A DNA stretch of 64,000 bases from positions 45,694,001-45,758,000 of the forward strand of contig OZ024750.1 of NCBI GenBank assembly GCA_964016885.1. Direction: 5' to 3'. The translations under genes were made by a program, and so were the position numbers. How positions within the stretch are numbered: the first letter of the stretch is position 1; each line of letters starts with the position of its first letter. Of the stretch, positions 55,976 to 64,000 are shown piece after piece. This stretch comes from Eledone cirrhosa. Lineage: Eukaryota. The notes under the pieces were generated by a model. The model was not told the DNA's origin. It saw only the letters and a list, made by a program, of their open reading frames with translations, and made no database searches.

Positions 55976-57215
55976 CAGTGGCGGACTGGGTCTAAAAGTA
56001 TTGGGTGCCAGTAGATAAAGGGGGTCCACCTACATATAGAATGCTACCATTTAATTTTTATAATGAATAAATAACATTTTCGAAAAATACACGTGGAAAC
56101 AAAACGGTGCAATCTAATTTTTGTGGAAAAATATCTTACCCTCTCCAATTAAAAATATTATGTATTTTGCTAAATCCAGCGACTTTCAATATCGACCAGA
56201 AGTCGACCCTAAATATTACTAATAGCTCTAGGAAAGCCATGAACGACACTACATCTTTTTCTTACTTTGATTTTGAAAGTATTTTTATAATTATCAATTT
56301 TCATTATAGTTTCGTAGCTGTCTCGGTGGCCTAGTTGGAGGAATCATAGACGGTGATGATCCTGGTCTGAGGTTGGAGCCTGGTCGGGAGTAGGATTCTC
56401 GGTAAACCTTTTCAGTTTTTTCGATTGGTTGTAAAATAAAAATTGTAAAAGTTTACATGTACCTCTTGACCAAGATTGAACCCAAGGGCAGGATCTCCAC
56501 CGTCTCTAGTACCTACCGCTAGGCCACAGAGACAACCAAGAAAATCTTATGAAATTTCATAATTATAAACCTACTTTCAAAATTTTCAAAACTAAGTGTT
56601 GTGGTGTCATTCATGTCTTTCTTAATGTTACTGATCTTACATAATATCAACTTCTGAACCATTTGGGTATTCCATAATCTACATCCTCGATTTGTTGTAT
56701 GTATGTATGTATATATATTATTTGTTTGCTAAAATAATCAAATAAAATTAATTCAACTGTTGAACACACATCGGAATAAAAATATTGTTACCAAAGGGCC
56801 AGAAGTTTGACAAGTCGACCCTAAATATTAGTAATAGCAATAGGAAAGCCATGAACGAGAGCACATCTTTTTAACTTTGATTTTGAAAGTAGGTTTATAA
56901 TTATCAATTTTCATAACATTTCTGTATCTGTCTCGGTGGCCAAGTCAGCGGAAGCATAGACAGCTCTGATCCTGGTCTGAAGTTCGATCCTGGTCGGAAG
57001 TAAGGTTCCCGATAAACCTTTTCAGTTTTTTTCTATTGGTTGTAAAATAAAAACTGAAAACGTTTACATGTACCTTTTGACCAGGATTGAATCCACCGTC
57101 TCTAGTAACTACCGCTAGGCCACAGAGACAACTACGAAAATCTTGTGAACATTCATACTTATATACCTATTTTCAAAACTTTCAAAATAAAGTGTTGTGG
57201 TGTCTTTCATGTCTT
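55976..57215. mobile_element. Probable non-autonomous DNA-transposon body with two direct ~400-bp units, each an imperfect palindrome of tRNA-like sequences
   Basis: 56200-56620 resembles 56813-57215. A-box TGGCCTAGTTGG/TGGCCTAGCGG and B-box GTTCGATCC/GGTTCAATC occur on both strands. Starts with CAGTGGCGGACTGGG (hAT-like end); no matching right end seen. Confidence 0.5.
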
Positions 57216-57347
57216 ACTTAATGTTATTGCTTCTACTCTCTCTCTCTCTCTCTCTCTGATATTTGAATCTACTATGATTTGTGCTTACCATATTCCTATA
57301 TATATCATTTTGCATGTCAGTTAAATTCAAATTTACAATGATTGACA

Positions 57348-57414
<67 letters not shown>

Positions 57415-57418
<4 letters not shown>

Positions 57419-57500
57419 AAAAGAGACAGGACCCCGACGGCTGAGCTGCAGCCCATTCGACAGCTAGATCTGAACTGGGGCCCAGTTCAGATCTAGCCAC
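57415..57500 (-). mobile_element. Family B fragment
   Basis: AGGACCCCGACGGCTGAGCT...GCTAGATCTGAACTGGG-G-CCCAGTTCAGATCTAGC hairpin. Confidence 0.6.
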
Positions 57501-57542
<42 letters not shown>

Positions 57543-58261
57543 ATTTGTGAATGTGAGTGAGTTTGTGCGTGTGTGTGTATGTATTAAATATAGATGTTAT
57601 TTAACTAATATTTTACGATGTTTGAAATCAATATTCGCTGTTTTCTCTGAGGAAAACCACGAATATATGATAACGGAGCTTGATGTTCTTTTGTCGATAT
57701 TGAGTAATATATTTACTCATTTATTTGTCTCGTTGCTTATTTATACAATGTTCTTTCTAATCAAAACCAACTTGTGTTAAGTACAACGAGGAACAATTGA
57801 AAAACATGGAGACACAAACAAGAGAAAGTTGATGAAACTGTTACGTTAGTTAGCCTGAAGTAAGAACAACTAAGTGGGAAATGAATGGATATATTTATGA
57901 CATTATTTGATGTTTTAGTTGAGGTGAGTGGGAATATCTTGGAATAATTTACACAGGTAAACAGCTGCGATATAATTACACGACACTTGGCAGGATAAAC
58001 AACTTGTTGACAAAAACAACCCAGCAAACAAACAAACAAACACAGAGAGAATGATAACAATGTTTGCTTTAGGGTTGTATTTGATTACTTGAGATTTCCA
58101 GATTTCTAGATAACTCACAAATAAGCTCTGCTGAGATGCTATATTTTTCTACCACCTGTATCAGCTTTTTAACAAGGGAATCAAAGGAAAAACAAGGAAT
58201 GTTGAAAGATAATCACAAAAATATAACGAAAATAATTTGGCTTGTAAAGAGAAATATAATA

Positions 58262-58398
58262 CTAGAAGAAGAAGAAGAAGAAGAAGAAGATTGAGGAGAA
58301 GGAGGATGGAGGGAGAAGAAGAAGAAGAAGAAGAAGAAGAAGAAGAAGAAGAAGAAGAAGAAGAAGAAGAAGAAGAAGAAGAAGAAGAAGAAGAAGAA
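58262..58398. repeat. (GAA)n microsatellite
   Basis: Direct inspection. Confidence 0.95.
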
Positions 58399-58696
58399 GG
58401 GAAACATTGATTTTCTTAATGTCCTTTATGCCTTCGACAGAAATGTATACCTGATATAAATGAATTATATATACAAGTGTACGTGTAGGTATTCTGTGTG
58501 TCCGTGTGTGTGTGAATCTATACATACATACATATAAACATACACACAAACATATACACACATATATATGTAAATGAAAAGTGGATATGTTGAGTAACAT
58601 ACCCTCTTTTCATTTTCATATTCCACAATTCTTCAAGAAAACTACAACACTCCCTTATATATATATGTATATATATATATATATATACATATATAT

Positions 58697-58963
58697 AACA
58701 AAAAACATTTCGCTCTACGTGGCTGAATGCAATAAATGTAATCTGAGTTTTTCGAATATTAATAATAATATTCGATTCGTTTGCAATCATGCAAACAAAC
58801 TTCTTTTTTTATAGACATGTCAGTAGAATGAACCCTTCATTCTTGCTCTTGTGTTGGCAAGAATGAAGTGTTCATTCTACTGACATGGCTTTAAAAATGA
58901 GGCTTGTTTGCATGATTGCAAACGAATCGAATATTATTATTAATATTCGAAAAACTCAGATTA
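58697..58963 (-). mobile_element. Fold-back element with ~110-bp arms and a one-sided tail
   Basis: 58739-58848 mirrors 58857-58963. Tail 58697-58738; (TA)n flanks. No HHR core found. Confidence 0.7.
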
Positions 58964-58980
58964 GATATATATATATATAT

Positions 58981-59150
58981 AACAAAGGAATTGTGGTAAG
59001 GAACCAGATGGACCATAACGCACCAGAGTACAATACTTTCGACGGCTATTTCTGGACGCTGGCTATTTTGGGACTTCTAGCTATTTCTGAGTCCAGAAAT
59101 AGCCGTTGAAACGGCTTGAGCTCTGCCGTCGTGGTCATACTTTTTCCTAT
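58981..59150 (-). mobile_element. Rearranged family B copy
   Basis: GTGGTAAGGAACCAG..GGACCATAACGCAC tail, then GACGGCTATTTCTGGAC...GTCCAGAAATAGCCGTTGAAACGGCTTGAGCTC. Confidence 0.65.
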
Positions 59151-59173
59151 ATAAATATATATATATATGAGTG

Positions 59174-59234
<61 letters not shown>

Positions 59235-59334
59235 ATGCCTCCGAACACACAAACACAGACAGAATACAATTGGCAGATATTGAGACGTTATTCCCTTGAT
59301 AATCTCCTTGTGGGTAAACGATTGTATATTCCTT

Positions 59335-59371
<37 letters not shown>

Positions 59372-60239
59372 TTATTAAAATAAATATATATATATATATT
59401 TATTAAAATAAATATATATATATATATATATATAAAATAAATAAATATATATATATATTTTTATATATATATATGTGTGTATATATAAATATCTCCGTTG
59501 TCTTTAACTCATAATGGAGAGAGATGTATCTGTAACTCTGTGCCAGTTCTCTATTACAATCCATTATTATTATCGGAACTCTTATCGGTATTTCTGAAAA
59601 TGTGGGCCAGCTTTTAAGATAAAAATCACAAATTTAGTTGCCACATTTGTGTTCTTATGAAAACAATAGAAATCAACAACGGAATATAGAAACACGGAAA
59701 ATAATTACTAGATAAAAGTTTTCCTTTGTGTTCCCGGTGGAGATTTAAACAATGCAGCAGAAATGTTGAGAAAATTAAGAAAACTCTTGTTAAGTGGAGA
59801 GGAAAATCAATAGAAGGTATAGTAACAGACATATGTACACAAAGACGAGTTATAATTCCAACGTAATTTTTTTAAATTCTCGCTACTTCAAGGCGAGGGG
59901 TTGCTGAAAAATTGGAGTATTGGGCAAAACGTTTAGAAGTTTTGGGGGCAGTTTTTGTTAGGTTCTTAACGTTCAGAGATCAAATACTACTGCTGTCAAT
60001 TGTGCCTTTCTTCCTAGCGGGGTCGTTATATTAAAATTTCAATGAAGTACTGGGATCAAGCAATTCGATTTTCCTCTCCCTTAGAATTGTTTACATTGTG
60101 CCTACCTTAGAAAGAATTATTCTTAGTACTTCAATATAGTGAAGGCACGTAAATTAATCTCCTCTTGTAGTATTACATATACACTAGGAGAGATATATTC
60201 ACAATTGTGAGCCAAACTAAGGCAACAATTTTGTAGTAT

Positions 60240-60900
60240 TATGGATTACCTCCAGGCCGCCGGGAAAGCGCCTAAAAGGGCAATCCCGATGAACATTCAG
60301 CAATTTCTGGTCCTCACTGTCAAATGCTGGGCTATCTTTTATCTTTTATCTTCCATCACTACAATGATAGGAAGGTGAATGCCAGCTGGTTTAGATGTGA
60401 GATCCAGGAAAAGGTCTTGGTTGTCAAATTTGGACCAATTTCATGATCTTCGCCAATCTTCCTTCAGATCGAAATTGTTTTCTTGAAGGGTGTTCATTTA
60501 TTCCCAGAATGGCCTGCGTGATTTCAAACAGATGCTGGAAAGGTTTTCAGGTCTTGGACGTGGTAAGAAGTACTGCCTGACGGATCATCTCCTGACACCA
60601 CAAGTAAGAAGGAGTTGTATGAGAAAGAGTAGGGAGCCACTGAATAGGTGTAGATTTCAGTGTCCCAGATACTATTGCCGAGTTGCGGACGGTGAACAAA
60701 CTGGTGAACAGTACTCTGCATCTGAGTATGCAAGTGCTAAGTAAGAAGTTGGGTGCGTGTGTGCATCAAACCCCAAGCTGTTTTCTGTTAACTGCTAACT
60801 TAATGGTGAGGATGTTCGGTTCATGTCCGTATGTTGGTGAGTTCTATTCTGCGCGGCTCGTTATGATTTTCAGTGAGACACTATATTTCACATTGCTCCA
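60240..60900 (-). pseudogene. Decayed Vingi/Ingi-like LINE fragment
   Basis: Minus strand reads WGFDAH...LALAYSDAEYCSPV and IVSGTLKSTPIQWLPTL across frameshifts. Confidence 0.55.
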
Positions 60901-60909
60901 ATCCATTTG

Positions 60910-61030
60910 AATTGGGAGAGCTGTTAGAACGTCGGATAGAATGCATTGCTGTATTAATCCAGCTCGCTGCTGCCTGAGTTCAAATTCCGCCGAAGTCAAT
61001 ATTGCCTTTCATCCGTTAGAGGTCGATAAA
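60910..61030 (+). mobile_element. SINE
   Basis: CTGAGTTCAAATTCCGCCGAAGTCAATATTGCCTTTCATCCGTTAGAGGTCGATAAA. A more decayed copy lies at ~59910-60115. Confidence 0.65.
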
Positions 61031-61890
61031 AAAACCCATCAATCTAGGGGTCCATTATCCGTCTATAACTCTTCCTCGCTTACCTTTTCTCTCTATCTAT
61101 CTTCGGGAATAAATCCGTGCTGTTCAGATCGGGTTTTAAAATGCACACCAAACACTGTCATAACGACGGCCCTACCACTTCACCAGGAGTTACAGGCTTC
61201 CTACCTTCTCTCTTCAAACACCGCCACTGCAGAAAATGAGTTCTGACGGCACCAGAGTGGTATAATGAAAATATAGTTTATGTAAAAAACATACGGTGTT
61301 GTGTTGGCTGGAACGCCCTTGAATAAATCGACAAAGCGTCAGAACAGAACAATAACAATAGCCACAGTGGCCATTGATATCAGTTACTAAGAAGAACAAT
61401 AACATCACGAACTTTTATAACATTCGATTTCACTAATAATTTTCGTATGGTAGGGCAGTGTCCATGATGCATTTATCCCTTCATGGGTCTCCGAGACCGA
61501 TGGATAAAGGATCGTAGAATATATACTTAAATCAGTGCCTTGTCTTTATTGCAGAATCCTAGAAAGAGCAACTACATTTCCTTCAAACATAAGCCTATAG
61601 TCAGACAAAATGAAGACCGTAATAGACTCAGGATATCCGGAGGAAATGTTAGTTATGGGGGCATCGTGTTTGATCATATAAGCCTATCGTCAGAGGGAAT
61701 TAAGACCGTAATAAACTCAGGATATTGGGGGAAATGGTAGTTATGGCAGCATCGTGTGTGATCATATTTCATTTGATCCTGTTTTTAAAATGCCTAAAAA
61801 AACAACAAAACGAAGTGTAAACTGCAAACTGAATCACAGATAACAATTATTTAAAAAGAATAACGAAAATAATTTTCTTTAAATAACATT

Positions 61891-61951
<61 letters not shown>

Positions 61952-62076
61952 ATATAATTATATATATATATTAATTATATATATATATATGAATATATAT
62001 ACATATATATATACATGATTATATACTTATATATATATATATTACTTATATATAAATATATGAATATATATACATA

Positions 62077-62113
<37 letters not shown>

Positions 62114-62759
62114 AAAAATTGAACGGGAACAAAACAGAGAGGCAGAACGAACAAAGGTTTATTAGTTTCACGCTCTTGAGAGTGGGGTGGTGGTATGTGT
62201 GTGTGTGTGAGAGTGTATGTGTGTGTACATATACATATATATATAGAGAGACAGATAGTGGGAGTGGGCGAGAGAAAGATAGTGTATGTGTGTGTATGTG
62301 TGTGTATTTACATATATATATATATACATACATACAAACTATTATATGAATGAGGATAATAAAATTTCAGTAATAAAACAGAATTATATAGAATTACCTC
62401 GTATATTACAATTAAAATGAGTGAGAGAATATGTGTAAAAAAATGGCTGGTGTTGAGAAAAAGAAAGGGTGGGAGAGTGAAACACTGGAGATAAGAGAAG
62501 GCGAGAAAGGGAGTGCGGAAACAAATGAAATACTGAGAGAGTAAGTGTTAGTATGTATGTACTATATATTTCAAGGTGTGAACGTATGTTTTAATATATC
62601 TTATTTTGTATTCTTATAATTCTTTTGCAAAAGCTTTTATCATTTTAATGTTAATATATTTAAAGTCGTTTTGAAATTAGATTTATTAATGTTTTTACGC
62701 CACTGAAAGTCCTGGATTTGAATTTCAGAAAAAAGATGTCTGAATACACATATATAGGA

Positions 62760-62832
<73 letters not shown>

Positions 62833-62896
62833 ATCTCTCTCTCTCCCTCTCTCTCTATCTATATATATATATGTATATATATATGAATACATTATG

Positions 62897-62933
<37 letters not shown>

Positions 62934-62947
62934 GTATATATATGTGT

Positions 62948-63130
62948 ACGAGTAGGACCCCGACGGCTGAGCTCAAGCCGTTTCGACGGCTAATTCTGGA
63001 ATTAGCCGTCGAAACGGCTTGAGCTCAGCCGTCGGGGTCCTACTCGTTCCTATCACCCACTCTACTACTCTAAGTATTGAGTACTTTGGTGCGTTATGGT
63101 CCACCTGGTTCCTTACCACATTTCCTTCGT

Positions 63131-63131
<1 letters not shown>
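62948..63131 (+). mobile_element. Fold-back family B copy (best preserved)
   Basis: Perfect ~48-bp arms around CTGG (62948-63047) plus an ~85-bp tail; (TA)n flanks. Confidence 0.8.
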
Positions 63132-63206
<75 letters not shown>

Positions 63207-63378
63207 AATTTGCATAGCTGTCTAAATGAAAAGTTATAACTCTAAGGTAAAATCCTTATTGAGTGCTTTTGGCTGCACTTCCCGACTATACATATAGAAG
63301 AAGGTAGTACAGCATAATCGAAGGTCTGGTTGTGGGCAAGCTAACGAATGCATTACGTTTAGACAGCTATGCAAATTG
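63207..63378. mobile_element. Short element with 20-bp inverted ends in (TA)n
   Basis: AATTTGCATAGCTGTCTAAA ... TTTAGACAGCTATGCAAATT. Confidence 0.55.
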
Positions 63379-63574
63379 ATATATATATATATATATATAT
63401 ATACTATATATAGAGTTATAAACTCAAACAGTCTTTTACAATTAAATAGCTCAAAGAAAGAGGTATTTCTGAGCCGTGAAATACGAATTAATATAAATTA
63501 ATATATGATAAACACTAATACAATTATATAAGTATTTGTATTGCAAATGACCAAGTTAGCTAGTTATTAATTTG

Positions 63575-63605
<31 letters not shown>

Positions 63606-63631
63606 CAGCCGTCGGGTTCGTGACTCGTTCA

Positions 63632-63702
<71 letters not shown>

Positions 63703-63706
<4 letters not shown>

Positions 63707-64000
63707 CGTTTCTGAATTTGTTTAGCAAGATTCTTTATCTGAAAACGTGTGTTGAAACCGATATTGTTATACTTTGGGAGAGTCATGTTGCCAATGAGAA
63801 ACACACGTACCAGTTGCTTTCACTTCAATTTATTATAATAAATTTATAAATTTAAGAATTTATAAATTTCCGGTTGGTTGGTTGGTGCCACAACCAGATG
63901 GTTGTTTATATATTGTCAAAGTTCTTTCGTCACACATTCTGTGACCTCTTCAGTGACTGGGGACAAAAAACAAAGAAAAGAATCCCAGTCACTGAAGAGC
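63703..64000 (-). mobile_element. Fold-back family A copy, cut by the window end
   Basis: Matches 28334-28605. The inverted arm begins at ~63984 (CCCAGTCACTGAAGAG). Confidence 0.8.
63915..63958 (-). ncRNA. Minimal hammerhead motif (family A)
   Basis: Minus strand AGTCA-CTGAAGA-G-GTCACA(gaatg)TGTGAC-GAAA-GAAC-TT-TGAC. Confidence 0.75.

Noticed and set aside
56310-56390. Functional tRNA gene
   Set aside because: A/B boxes are present but I could not build a convincing cloverleaf; treated as a tRNA-derived repeat.

Overview
AT-rich, microsatellite-saturated eukaryotic DNA. The SINE families and (TA)n/(CA)n/(GA)n density suggest an octopus or other coleoid cephalopod; this is inference, not proof. 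I found no host protein-coding gene, and most ORFs in the track are translated microsatellites. The window is dominated by retroelements. Three unrelated Penelope-like elements (PLEs) each sit between (TA)n tracts as 2.4-5.3 kb fold-backs, in which the 3' end is duplicated in inverted orientation and a short extra tail is present only on the ORF-side arm. About 20 short (70-600 bp) non-coding fold-back elements have the same architecture. Many of them carry minimal hammerhead-ribozyme (HHR) motifs, and their symmetry axis often lies inside the ribozyme. One short family shares its 3' terminus and HHR layout with a coding PLE in the window. Also present: CR1-like, RTE-like (with a twin-priming-type inversion), CRE-like and Vingi/Ingi-like LINE fragments, many SINEs, a Helitron-like element, a 610-bp TG...CA repeat family, a duplicated palindrome of two convergent tRNA-like heads, and several minisatellites. 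Coordinates were read by eye and may be off by a few bases.
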